NCBI GenBank assembly: GCA_023511875.1
Contig: JAIMAQ010000003.1
Location: 189,936-253,935, forward strand
Source: Thermoflavifilum sp.
GTDB taxonomy: Bacteria; Bacteroidota; Bacteroidia; Chitinophagales; Chitinophagaceae
Direction of reading: 5' to 3'
DNA length: 64,000 nucleotides
Shown here: in pieces, positions 1 to 8,524 of the stretch
Layout of the letters: each line of letters starts with the position of its first letter
How positions within the stretch are numbered: position 1 is the first letter of the stretch
Translations under genes and position numbers: made by a program
Notes under the pieces: generated by a model
Database searches by the model: none
Told to the model about the DNA's origin: nothing
What the model saw: the letters and a program-made list of their open reading frames with translations, nothing else

Positions 1-133
1 CTGCATCGCCTGAGGGGGTATGATGCAGAGTGGTTGTGCTGGTAATTTTAGCATCTGGGAATAAGGAGCAATAAAACGCTGCAGCTTCTTTCGCTTCCTT
101 GTTGAACCACAAATGAGGGATGATTTTATACAT
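1..133 (-). CDS. VOC/PhnB-like glyoxalase-superfamily protein, N-terminal part only (gene runs off the window)
   Basis: Hand translation of the minus strand from the ATG at 133 gives MYKIIPHLWFNKEAKEAAAFYCSLFPDAKITSTTTLHHTPSGDA. This is the typical N-terminus of PhnB-like VOC proteins. It is absent from the ORF track because it is truncated. Confidence 0.6.
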   Translation of the reverse strand, partial: MYKIIPHLWFNKEAKEAAAFYCSLFPDAKITSTTTLHHTPSGDA

Positions 134-204
134 GACATTTCATTTTTTCATGCTTCATCAAAAAATGTTTCTATTTGGATTTTTTATCTGCAGAGAATAT
201 TCCA

Positions 205-624
205 TCAATGCGTTTCGGTATATTCTTTAAAATGATCCAAAATAGCTTGCCAGCCAGCTTTTTGCATTTCGGCAGGGTTAATGGTTTCTGCATCAAAAGC
301 AATAGTCACTATTGTTTTGCCATTGATCTCTTCAAAAGTAGTGATTGCCTGCCGACCATTGGGCATAGTATAAGTAATTTTTTGATGATGAATGATTTCG
401 TCGTAGATGCCCTCAAAGTCGAATCCCGAACTACCATCTTTGGCTTCCATGCGATAGGTAAATTTACCACCTATTTTCAAGTCATTTTTTGCCCATGGAC
501 AATGCCATTCATCAACAGCATAGTTCCAATGTACAATATGATCGGGTTTAGTATAGTATTTCCATACTTTATCTACCGGTGCATGTACGGTAGCGGTGAC
601 AATAATGGTTAATGAGTGAGGCAT
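205..624 (-). CDS. SRPBCC-superfamily protein (Aha1/activator-of-Hsp90-ATPase-like domain)
   Basis: The ORF 205..684 has sequence features typical of SRPBCC/AHSA1 proteins (TATVHAPVDKVWKYYTKPDHIVHWN...). I place the start at the internal ATG at 624 (MPHSLTIIV). Confidence 0.65.
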   Translation of the reverse strand: MPHSLTIIVTATVHAPVDKVWKYYTKPDHIVHWNYAVDEWHCPWAKNDLKIGGKFTYRMEAKDGSSGFDFEGIYDEIIHHQKITYTMPNGRQAITTFEEINGKTIVTIAFDAETINPAEMQKAGWQAILDHFKEYTETH

Positions 625-821
625 AAAAAATCGTTTTAAAAGGTTCATTAAAAAATAAATATCCCGTTTATTCCTTCTATGCAAACAAGTAATATGTAAT
701 TATTCTATTGCGTTTTTTATGCCTGACGCTCATACGTTATCCTGAAAATCATTTATCAAAAATGCGTACAATTCTATATCGTTTGCAACAAGCAGGAATT
801 ATATCTAATAGTTGTTTCCAA

Positions 822-1226
822 TCAGGCTTCATCAACATTTATTGTACGAATATCCGATGCTAATTTTCTTTTTTGATGATAAAAAATATACGAGCCAAAT
901 ACCAAGATCAATCCAAAAGATATGAAGGATATTCCTATACTTAAATCCCCTACTGCAACAAAAGAATAAATAGCCATAATCAGATCAAAAGTAAATCCCG
1001 CATAAGCCCATTCTTTTAACCTAGAAAATCCAGGAACAACTATTGCTATAACACCGCATATCTTTGCCCAGCTAATTACCGGTATAAAATAAGAAGGATA
1101 ACCTAAATGGTCATGTATGAGTGCATAGGATTGTTCGGGATTAGCCAAGCCACTCATACCACTAAACAACATGTAAACAACCAACAGGCCGGTAAATATC
1201 CAGTAAAATATTTTCAGTTTTTTCAT
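822..1226 (-). CDS. DoxX-like small integral membrane protein
   Basis: 134 aa with about four hydrophobic helices. The N-terminus MKKLKIFYWIFTGLLVVYMLFSG is typical of the DoxX-like family. Confidence 0.6.
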   Translation of the reverse strand: MKKLKIFYWIFTGLLVVYMLFSGMSGLANPEQSYALIHDHLGYPSYFIPVISWAKICGVIAIVVPGFSRLKEWAYAGFTFDLIMAIYSFVAVGDLSIGISFISFGLILVFGSYIFYHQKRKLASDIRTINVDEA

Positions 1227-1342
1227 GCGATAAAATTATTTACGCAGATCAAGTTGCTTACATTTGATGTAGAATCGTCTTTACAGAAACTCTATGGATA
1301 AATTCGAGCCTTTTGTTTTGTATGCTGCACATTTTTTTTTGA

Positions 1343-1771
1343 CTACCCCTTGCTGTAGTTAATCATCCAACATACACCAAATTTATCTTTAAAGCTGCCA
1401 AAATAATCTCCCCAAAACTGATCTTGTATGGGCATCTCCACCACACCTCCTTTAGAAAGCGCATGAAAAATACGATCAGCCTCATCACGACTGCTTGGAG
1501 AAAGCATGATATAACAATTGTTGCCCATCACCAGTTTATGTCCCCTTGAGGGTAGCGGATCACTGGCCATAAGTATTAACCCATTGCCTAATGAAAGAGA
1601 AATATGCATGACTCGATTCTTTTCTGCTTCGGGCAGATTTTCAAAGCCTGGCACATCTTTCATGTACATGACGCCCTGGCCCATAAATTCTCCACCTAAA
1701 ACCCCCTTATAAAAGTTCATGGCTTCCTCGGCTTGGCCATCGAAATTGAGATAAACATAAATTGCTTTCAT
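1343..1771 (-). CDS. VOC family (PhnB-like glyoxalase/bleomycin-resistance fold) protein
   Basis: 142 aa. The pattern MKAIYVYLNFDGQAEEAMNFYKGVLGGEF ... FGVCWMINY is characteristic of PhnB-like VOC proteins. Confidence 0.7.
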   Translation of the reverse strand: MKAIYVYLNFDGQAEEAMNFYKGVLGGEFMGQGVMYMKDVPGFENLPEAEKNRVMHISLSLGNGLILMASDPLPSRGHKLVMGNNCYIMLSPSSRDEADRIFHALSKGGVVEMPIQDQFWGDYFGSFKDKFGVCWMINYSKG

Positions 1772-1888
1772 GGTTGTTTGATTTATTGTTTAAAAGATAA
1801 ATGACTTACTTCATGATTACGCTTGTTATATAAAGTTAAATCGTTTACGATAGATGGAAACTATACATAAAATGCATGTGGATTATAT

Positions 1889-2098
1889 TTAAATCAATAC
1901 TTCACATATAAAACCATTTTTCCTCAACGCCTCTTGAATATGTTCAATCTGTAAATCACCTCCTTCTACTCTAAGCACCTTATCTATATCGTCGAGTACG
2001 AAATTCATTTCATAATGAGGAAAATATTGCTGGAGAATAGCCAAAAGCTTCTCTGCTTGACGATGACTTACCACATTGGTTTTAAATATTTCTACCAT
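1889..2098 (-). CDS. hypothetical small protein (69 aa)
   Basis: A clean ORF in its own intergenic slot. I recognise no motif. Confidence 0.4.
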   Translation of the reverse strand: MVEIFKTNVVSHRQAEKLLAILQQYFPHYEMNFVLDDIDKVLRVEGGDLQIEHIQEALRKNGFICEVLI

Positions 2099-2232
2099 TT
2101 TTACTCTCCTATTTTTTGAGGGGTCTTATGCAAACTTAATTTGATCAAGCATATATTTAGAGGTGCAAAAAAGACATTTTAAGGGGTTAAATGCGGCAAT
2201 AATTATGCTTATCTTTGTTTAAAACTCAACGC

Positions 2233-3216
2233 ATGAAACATATTACACTATTGGTACCCTATATGAGTAATCTGGGAAGCATCGATAATCCACTACGGGC
2301 TTTTTCCGAAGTGAATAGATGGTTAAAGGCGAATGACCGCCCAGCTATGTTTCAGGTGGAACTAGCTGGGCTAAGTAAAGAAATCAGTTTAAATGAGGGT
2401 AAATATGTGATTCGTTTAGACAAACATATTGAAGAGATTAGCTCCACCGATTTCATCATCATTCCCGCATTAGATGGCGATATTGCAGAAAGCCTGAAGA
2501 TGAATCAGGCTTTTATTCCCTGGCTCATTCGGCAATACCGTTGTGGTGCAGAGATTGCAAGTCTTTGTGTAGGCGCGTTTTTATTAGGAGCTACGGGCTT
2601 GCTCAATGGTAAATCTTGCTCTACTCACTGGCGAGCCATGTGTTTGTTTACAGAAATATTTCCTGAAGCAAATCTGGTGGCCGATAGAATCATTACCGAT
2701 GAATGCGGTTTATATACCAGTGGAGGAGCTTTTTCTGCTGCTAATCTAATTCTCTATATCATTGAAAAATTTGCAGGGCGAGAAGCTGCTATCTATTGTG
2801 CAAAGATGTTTCAGATCGACATGGATCGTTGTAGCCAGTCGCCATTTATTATTTTTGACAAACAAAAAGATCATTCCGATGAATTGATTAAAAAAGCACA
2901 AGAATATATTGAAAAGAATTACGCCCATAAGATTACGGTGGCACAAATTTGCTATATGTTGGCCTTAAGTCGAAGAAATTTTGAACGAAGATTTAAGCAA
3001 GCCACCTCTAATACGGTGGCTGCTTATATCCAGCGAGTAAGAATAGAAGCCGCTAAAAAACTTTTGGAAACCAGTGGGAGAAATATAAATGAAGTGATGT
3101 ATGCCGTAGGTTATCAAGATACTAAGGCCTTTCGAGAAGTGTTTCGGCGGATTACTGGTCTTTCACCCATAGCCTATCGAAATAAATACAATCCAAAAAC
3201 AATTCCCCAATATTGA
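2233..3216 (+). CDS. GlxA-type transcriptional regulator (DJ-1/PfpI-like N-domain plus AraC-family HTH)
   Basis: The C-terminal AraC HTH reads ITVAQICYMLALSRRNFERRFKQATSNTVAAYIQRVRIEAAKKLLE...GYQDTKAFREVFRRITGLSPIAYR. The N-terminal half resembles a class I glutamine-amidotransferase/DJ-1 domain. The ATG at 2233 is preferred over the TTG at 2215. Confidence 0.8.
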   Translation: MKHITLLVPYMSNLGSIDNPLRAFSEVNRWLKANDRPAMFQVELAGLSKEISLNEGKYVIRLDKHIEEISSTDFIIIPALDGDIAESLKMNQAFIPWLIRQYRCGAEIASLCVGAFLLGATGLLNGKSCSTHWRAMCLFTEIFPEANLVADRIITDECGLYTSGGAFSAANLILYIIEKFAGREAAIYCAKMFQIDMDRCSQSPFIIFDKQKDHSDELIKKAQEYIEKNYAHKITVAQICYMLALSRRNFERRFKQATSNTVAAYIQRVRIEAAKKLLETSGRNINEVMYAVGYQDTKAFREVFRRITGLSPIAYRNKYNPKTIPQY

Positions 3217-3223
3217 CGCAAGC

Positions 3224-3778
3224 ATGTCTGCTACCTATGTCTTTAATCATATAAACGCAAATCATATGTCGTCGAATCAACGGGAAACATATACCATACC
3301 TCCTCAAACACGCATTGGACATGTGCATTTAAAGGTGGCCAATCTAGAACGATCGTTAAAATTTTATCGAGACTTATTGGGTTTTGAAATAACCACTCAA
3401 TATGGTCATCAAGCCATCTTTCTTTCGGCTGGAGGATACCATCATCATATTGGGCTCAACACCTGGTATAGCCAAGACGCCCCTCCTGCCCCGATCCACA
3501 CGGCCGGATTATATCATTTTGCCATTCTATATCCTACCCGAAAAGATTTAGCCCTGATTTATCATCGACTATTAAAAGCTCACTATCCACTGGTAGGAGC
3601 TAGTGATCACGGAGTTTCAGAAGCTATTTATCTACAAGATCCCGATGGAAATGGGGTAGAACTGTATTGGGATAGACCAGCTGAACAATGGCCACGCAAG
3701 CCAGATGGTACCCTACATATGTATACTCGACCTCTTGATTTGGAAAATCTTTTAAAAGAACTCGATGAGAAGAAATAA
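3224..3778 (+). CDS. VOC family protein (glyoxalase/extradiol dioxygenase fold)
   Basis: IGHVHLKVANLERSLKFYRDLLGFEI ... SEAIYLQDPDGNGVELYWD are typical VOC beta-alpha-beta-beta-beta motifs. Confidence 0.75.
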   Translation: MSATYVFNHINANHMSSNQRETYTIPPQTRIGHVHLKVANLERSLKFYRDLLGFEITTQYGHQAIFLSAGGYHHHIGLNTWYSQDAPPAPIHTAGLYHFAILYPTRKDLALIYHRLLKAHYPLVGASDHGVSEAIYLQDPDGNGVELYWDRPAEQWPRKPDGTLHMYTRPLDLENLLKELDEKK

Positions 3779-3804
3779 ATTAGCGTTCTATTTTAGAGTT
3801 ACAA

Positions 3805-4539
3805 ATGATGCAAGCCGAAACGCATAAGCTCGATATCCTCGCCATAGCCGCCCATCCAGATGATGTAGAACTTTCTTGCGCAGGTGCCTTGATCATACAC
3901 GTACAAATGGGGCATCGGGTAGGGATTCTGGATTTAACCGCTGGAGAATTGGGCACACGCGGCACACCCGAAACAAGAGCCCAGGAGGCTAAAAAAGCCA
4001 CGGAAATCATGGGCATTGACATTCGAGAAAATGCTGGCCTACCCGATGGATTTTTTCAAAACGAGAGAGAACATCAATTGCGCATTATTCCCTATATCCG
4101 CTATTTTCAACCAGATATTGTGCTCACCAATGCCGAACGAGATCGCCATCCCGATCATGGCCGCGCAGCCGAGTTGGTAGAAACGGCTTGTTTCCTCTCT
4201 GGTCTACGCAAGATTGAAACCCATTGGAAAGGCCATCCACAACAAGCCTGGCGTCCTAAGCACATTTGGCATTTTATTCAAGACGAAGACTTAGAGCCAG
4301 ATTTTATTGTAGATATCAGTACTGTCATGGAGAGAAAACTAGAAGCCATCCGTGCCTTTGCCTCCCAATTTTTGGCCGACCCTAAAGACCCACTGCAAAC
4401 CTATATTTCCACACCGGCCTTTTTTGAACACATCATTCAACGAGCCAGTATGTGGGGTTACCGCATCGGTACCCAATATGGTGAAGGATTTACCTCTCGA
4501 AAAAAACTGGGCGTGAGTCATCTAAAACAATTTCTCTAA
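3805..4539 (+). CDS. bshB1: bacillithiol biosynthesis deacetylase BshB1 (LmbE/PIG-L family)
   Basis: LDILAIAAHPDDVELSCAGALI...LDLTAGELGTRGT...HPDHGRAAELV contains the LmbE-family AHPDD and HxDH zinc motifs. bshA is also present in the window. Confidence 0.8.
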   Translation: MMQAETHKLDILAIAAHPDDVELSCAGALIIHVQMGHRVGILDLTAGELGTRGTPETRAQEAKKATEIMGIDIRENAGLPDGFFQNEREHQLRIIPYIRYFQPDIVLTNAERDRHPDHGRAAELVETACFLSGLRKIETHWKGHPQQAWRPKHIWHFIQDEDLEPDFIVDISTVMERKLEAIRAFASQFLADPKDPLQTYISTPAFFEHIIQRASMWGYRIGTQYGEGFTSRKKLGVSHLKQFL

Positions 4540-4551
4540 AATCCCAGAGAG

Positions 4552-5472
4552 ATGAAACATCTTATCCTCGCAATTGTTCTGCTTCTGCTTAACTGCACGA
4601 GTTGGGCACAACATTATCGCATCGACCGTAAATTGCAACGTCAATTGGAAGCGCTAGTAAAGCCTTTCCACGGTCAGGTGGGTATTTATGTACATAAATT
4701 AGGTACACGCAAAGAGGCGGCTATCAATGCCGATTCACTTTTTCCTACAGCCAGCATGATTAAAGTAGCCATACAAGCAGTGATTTTTCAGCGTATTGTA
4801 GATAGTCAATTGCAATATCATCAAAATCTCTTATACCGCGATTCGCTGTACTATCCTGGGGTAGATATTTTAGGCATGGCCAAAGATAGCACGCACATTG
4901 AGCTCAGTAAAGTAGTGATGCTCATGATCACTGAAAGCGACAACACCGCTGCTTTATGGTTGCAATCGCTCGCTGGTGGTGGAACAGCGATTAACCAGTG
5001 GCTAGCCAAGCATGGGTATCAATACTATCGGGTAAACTCTCGCACACCAGGCCGAGAAAAAGCATACCAGGAATATGGATGGGGACAAACAACTCCCAGA
5101 GAAATGGCTAGATTTCTAATTCAACTCCGAAGAGGAGAACTCGTTTCTCCCGCTGCCAGCGAACGTATGTATCGCAATCTATGCCATATCTATTGGGACG
5201 ATGTGGCTTTATCTCAAATTCCGCCATATGTACAAGCTGCATCTAAGCAGGGAGCCGTAAATGATTCTCGCTCGGAAGTAGTGCTGGTCAATGCTCCTCA
5301 TGGTGATTATGTTTTTTGTGTAGATACGAAAAATATTGCCGATCAAAGCTGGACACACAATAATGAGGCCTGGCAACTGATTCGCAATGTATCGGCCTTG
5401 CTCTGGCATTATTATGAGCCTCATGATACTTGGAGCCCTCCTGCAGGATATGAACAGTTTATGCAAGAATAA
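4552..5472 (+). CDS. class A beta-lactamase-related serine hydrolase, secreted
   Basis: It has a signal peptide, an SxxK motif (ASMIKV), an SDN motif (ESDNTA) and a KxG-like motif (SKQGAV, which deviates from KTG). Confidence 0.7.
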   Translation: MKHLILAIVLLLLNCTSWAQHYRIDRKLQRQLEALVKPFHGQVGIYVHKLGTRKEAAINADSLFPTASMIKVAIQAVIFQRIVDSQLQYHQNLLYRDSLYYPGVDILGMAKDSTHIELSKVVMLMITESDNTAALWLQSLAGGGTAINQWLAKHGYQYYRVNSRTPGREKAYQEYGWGQTTPREMARFLIQLRRGELVSPAASERMYRNLCHIYWDDVALSQIPPYVQAASKQGAVNDSRSEVVLVNAPHGDYVFCVDTKNIADQSWTHNNEAWQLIRNVSALLWHYYEPHDTWSPPAGYEQFMQE

Positions 5473-5498
5473 CTGCGACTATAGCATATCGATGCACC

Positions 5499-5556
5499 GC
5501 TGTGGGCTCTCCTTCCGCTCACTTCGATACGCTTCGCTACTCAGTGACGGTGGAGC
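5499..5556. repeat. direct repeat B, copy 1 (about 58 nt)
   Basis: gctgtgggctctccttccgctcacttcgatacgcttcgctactcagtgacggtggagc recurs with a few substitutions and one indel at 5995..6052. Confidence 0.9.
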
Positions 5557-5577
5557 CTCATCACATCGACCTTCAAA

Positions 5578-5636
5578 TTTTCTGGCAGTCTTGAATTCTC
5601 TTTGCTTCTTTCTTTGTTTCAAGACAAAGAAAGAAG
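5578..5636. repeat. 59-nt repeat A, copy 1, with a perfect 13-bp hairpin
   Basis: The unit is ttttctggcagtcttgaattctctttgcttctttctttgtttcaagacaaagaaagaag. The stem is cttctttctttgt / acaaagaaagaag (5605-5617 and 5624-5636) with loop ttcaag. Confidence 0.95.
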
Positions 5637-5653
5637 GAATATCTCTCAACCAT

Positions 5654-5712
5654 TTTTCTGGCAGTCTTGAATTTTCTTTGCTTCTTTCTTTGTGTCAAGA
5701 CAAAGAAAGAAG
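5654..5712. repeat. 59-nt repeat A, copy 2
   Basis: Same unit as 5578..5636 with 2 substitutions (gaattTtc; loop Gtcaag). Confidence 0.95.
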
Positions 5713-5924
5713 ATTACAACGTTATCCATCAAATCAAACATCATCAATCATCTTCCACATCGACCTTCAGAAAAATGGCGTGAAGAAATGGGCGAACATG
5801 AGCGTGAAACGGAAAATGAGCTGAGATATGGATAAGAGTTGAAGTATCAAAAAGCTGATTCAGTACACACAAGCTCATAGGGGTATTTCATTTTCCGTAG
5901 CGAAATGGAGCCCATTTCAGCCAT

Positions 5925-5983
5925 TTTTCTGGCAGTCTTGAATTTTCTTTGCTTCTTTCTTTGTTTCAAGACAAAGAAAGAAG
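5925..5983. repeat. 59-nt repeat A, copy 3
   Basis: Same unit as 5578..5636 with 1 substitution. Confidence 0.95.
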
Positions 5984-5994
5984 AATACATCATT

Positions 5995-6052
5995 GCTGTG
6001 AGCTCGCTTCCCGCTCACTTCGATACGCTATCGCTACTCAGTGACCGTGGAG
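5995..6052. repeat. direct repeat B, copy 2
   Basis: gctgtgagctcgcttcccgctcacttcgatacgctatcgctactcagtgaccgtggagc matches 5499..5556. Confidence 0.9.
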
Positions 6053-6080
6053 CTATTATTACTCAACAACCGCGTTTTGT

Positions 6081-6248
6081 TTAGCGGCTGTTACCTTCCA
6101 CTATCCTTATCTCCTCCTCTGTTAAATCATACAACTTATACACCAACCTGTCTATTTCTTGCGCTAATTCTTGTGTGTTGGCTTGGAGGTTTTGTTTTTT
6201 GGCTGAAAGAATTTTACTTGCCATTACCTCGATTTGATCAATAAAAAT
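6081..6248 (-). pseudogene. orphan 3-prime fragment of an Eco57I/TaqI_C-type DNA methyltransferase gene (C-terminal ~55 codons only)
   Basis: Hand translation of the minus strand gives FIDQIEVMASKILSAKKQNLQANTQELAQEIDRLVYKLYDLTEEEIRIVEGNSR*. This aligns with the C-terminus of the 1030-aa methyltransferase (..EKQIDQLVYKLYGLTDEEIKIVEGEK*). No upstream coding body remains: the frame is closed at 6258-6260 and abuts the stop of the 756-aa gene. Confidence 0.75.
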
Positions 6249-6253
6249 AAATT

Positions 6254-8524
6254 TTATTTAATACTTTCACAAAGTGCTTCATAATGTTCTTTGTCTTTTT
6301 TTTCTAAAACTGAAAGTACAGTTTTTATTGCAATTTCGATCTCATGTATGTCAGGAAATTTTTGTATATGTTCTGGATTTTCTTCGTGTGAATATTCATC
6401 AAGTATTTTAAGTGTTGTTTGTTTTTCAGATGCTTCCGTAAAACCTTTAAAAAATTTATCAGCTTTATCTTTAAATTTGCTACCATCTGGATATTTTACA
6501 AACAAATATGACTCAAGAAACCTTCTTGCAATATTTGGCAAGATGTAAAGTAATTCAAAGTTGTTTTTATCGTTTGAATCGTTGAATTTTTTTAATTCTG
6601 AAAAAAGATAATTATACTCACTTTTGAAATTTCTTAAAACCTTTGGCAATTCGGTTATTGTTGAAATTTTATCATCATTCGATTTAATCTTTTTAATTAA
6701 ATAAAAGTTTTCTTTATCTTTTTTACTTCTTCTATTTGTTGTTCCATCAGGATCGCCTTTAACCATATCTTTTAAAAGATTAAAAAAATCAAAGTTATGT
6801 GTAGTAATAAATACCTGTCCACAATCTTTTAATTTTTCTGAAAGAAATCCGTAAACATGAAAAATATGATTAGAATCAAGGCTGGATACAGGATCATCAA
6901 TAAATATTATTGCCTTTGATTTATCAAAATTATTTTCTTCTAACTTGGTCATAAAGTAAATTAAAGAAATAATATTTTTTTCTCCTGTGCTTAGGTTTTT
7001 TGCTACAATTCCTGCCCGATTTACTTGATAAGTTCCATCATCAAAAGAATTTAATTTTATTTGATCGTCTCGAAAAAATTGCTTTAGATATTTGTTTACT
7101 TTTTCTGCTCCAATATTTGCCTGTTTTATTTTTGAATTTATACTATTTATTGTCTCTACAATATTACCGAATTCTTTTTCTTTTTCTTCCTTTTGTTTTA
7201 TTAACTCTTTTATTTGATTATTTAGCTCGTAATATTTTATTTCATCAATAGCTTTTGCTGAATAGTGATTGATTAATTTTAACTTAGTATCTTTCTTTTG
7301 ATTTTCTAACTGGTTAATTTTAGCGTTGTTATTATCAATGATAGTATTAACATCGTTAATATATTGATTAATCTGATTTTCAAGTTTGGTTACAGGTAAA
7401 TCAATAATCAGGATGTCAAATGGTTTGTTCTTTTTTTCTTCTATTTTTGTGATTAAAGTATCTAGTAATTTTATATAATTACCTTCTAATTTACTCTTTA
7501 ACTCCTCTTTCTTTTGTTCATATTCTTTTGAATAATCCGGGTAGAATCTTGCCTTATCTGGGAATTGAATTTTGCTTATGGAATTATTATGATTGTTTAT
7601 TTCTTGCTCAATCGACTTCAAATCCTGCATTAATTTATCGTATTCTTCTGAAAAGTGTTTATTTAGTTTATCAAATAAATCTTCAGGCAGTTTGTTTCCA
7701 CAGAACTGACAGTATTCTTCATTTTTATGTAAATCCAATCCTTTTCTAACCCATTGATTTAATTCTGGATTACTTTTAAGTTTTTCAATTATTTGTTGAG
7801 CGGATATCTTTTTTTCGCAGATATTTTTAACCTTTTGATAAAGTGATTGTGCTTTTAATTCAATAGAGAGTGTATTGATAGATTGATAACTCGTTTGGTC
7901 CCTATAAAGTCGAAGATTTTTACTTTCTTCATCGCCTGATAAAATGTAATTTGAAATATTTGCACTTAATTCTTCAATTTTTTCTTTTAAGTTGTTTTTA
8001 TCAAATTTTCGGGGATTAGTAATGCCTAATATTCTTCTAATTTCACTGGCTTTGTTTGTTAAATTATTTTCTAATTGTGTACTTTTTTCCTTAAGTTCTC
8101 TTTCAATATTTGTTTTTTCTTCTTCAATTTTTTGTTTTTCCTCTTCTTTCTTTTTTAACTCTTCTTGTAACCCAATTGATTCTTTACCCATAATTAGCAC
8201 TGGATTAATTCTATGGTTTTCGTCGTTCCATTTGAAATTTTCTTCAACAAAATCTTCATTAAAAACACAGATAGGAACTTCTTGATCGATATTACTTTCT
8301 GAGATATTTCCATTTTCTGTTTCCAAACAAAATTTTGTACCGGGGTAGTCCTTATGTAAATTTCTCTCTTCAATACATCTAAATAATCTAGAAAGGGAAG
8401 TTTTACCTGAATAATTCCAACCATAAAAGAAATTAAATTGTTTAAATTCTGAGCAACTATTATCCCACTCAAAATTTTTATATAAACCCAAGTTTTCAAT
8501 TTTTGAAATTTTCTTTATTCTCAT
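6254..8524 (-). CDS. RloC/PrrC-like ABC-type ATPase (AAA_13-like) with coiled-coil CxxC hook; putative anticodon nuclease
   Basis: The ATPase motifs are Walker A GWNYSGKT (aa 35-42), ABC signature LSTGEK (511-516), Walker B IIFIDDP (539-545) followed by SLD, and an H-loop TTH (574-576). About 470 K/E-rich coiled-coil residues lie between them and contain YCQFCG (C272/C275). The C-terminal NIARRFLESY...YSHEE has the R-x3-E...H arrangement described for the PrrC/RloC nuclease domains. Confidence 0.7.
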   Translation of the reverse strand: MRIKKISKIENLGLYKNFEWDNSCSEFKQFNFFYGWNYSGKTSLSRLFRCIEERNLHKDYPGTKFCLETENGNISESNIDQEVPICVFNEDFVEENFKWNDENHRINPVLIMGKESIGLQEELKKKEEEKQKIEEEKTNIERELKEKSTQLENNLTNKASEIRRILGITNPRKFDKNNLKEKIEELSANISNYILSGDEESKNLRLYRDQTSYQSINTLSIELKAQSLYQKVKNICEKKISAQQIIEKLKSNPELNQWVRKGLDLHKNEEYCQFCGNKLPEDLFDKLNKHFSEEYDKLMQDLKSIEQEINNHNNSISKIQFPDKARFYPDYSKEYEQKKEELKSKLEGNYIKLLDTLITKIEEKKNKPFDILIIDLPVTKLENQINQYINDVNTIIDNNNAKINQLENQKKDTKLKLINHYSAKAIDEIKYYELNNQIKELIKQKEEKEKEFGNIVETINSINSKIKQANIGAEKVNKYLKQFFRDDQIKLNSFDDGTYQVNRAGIVAKNLSTGEKNIISLIYFMTKLEENNFDKSKAIIFIDDPVSSLDSNHIFHVYGFLSEKLKDCGQVFITTHNFDFFNLLKDMVKGDPDGTTNRRSKKDKENFYLIKKIKSNDDKISTITELPKVLRNFKSEYNYLFSELKKFNDSNDKNNFELLYILPNIARRFLESYLFVKYPDGSKFKDKADKFFKGFTEASEKQTTLKILDEYSHEENPEHIQKFPDIHEIEIAIKTVLSVLEKKDKEHYEALCESIK

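Noticed and set aside
5578-5983. Possible CRISPR array formed by the three 59-nt repeats
   Set aside because: There are only three copies, with irregular spacers of 17 and 212 nt. The repeat is longer than typical CRISPR repeats, and there are no cas genes in the window.
5387-6244. ORF-track ORFs 5387..5824 (145 aa) and 6041..6244 (67 aa) on the plus strand
   Set aside because: They run straight through the A/B repeat units and, for the second, lie antisense to the methyltransferase tail remnant. Their sequences are low-complexity with no motif. I treat them as artefacts of the repeats.
6296-6303. A8/T8 homopolymer tracts (6296-6303 in the RloC-like gene, 13583-13590 in the helicase gene) as phase-variation switches
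   Set aside because: Runs of 8 are short for efficient slipped-strand switching and are expected by chance in DNA this AT-rich. The first lies only about 14 codons from the stop.
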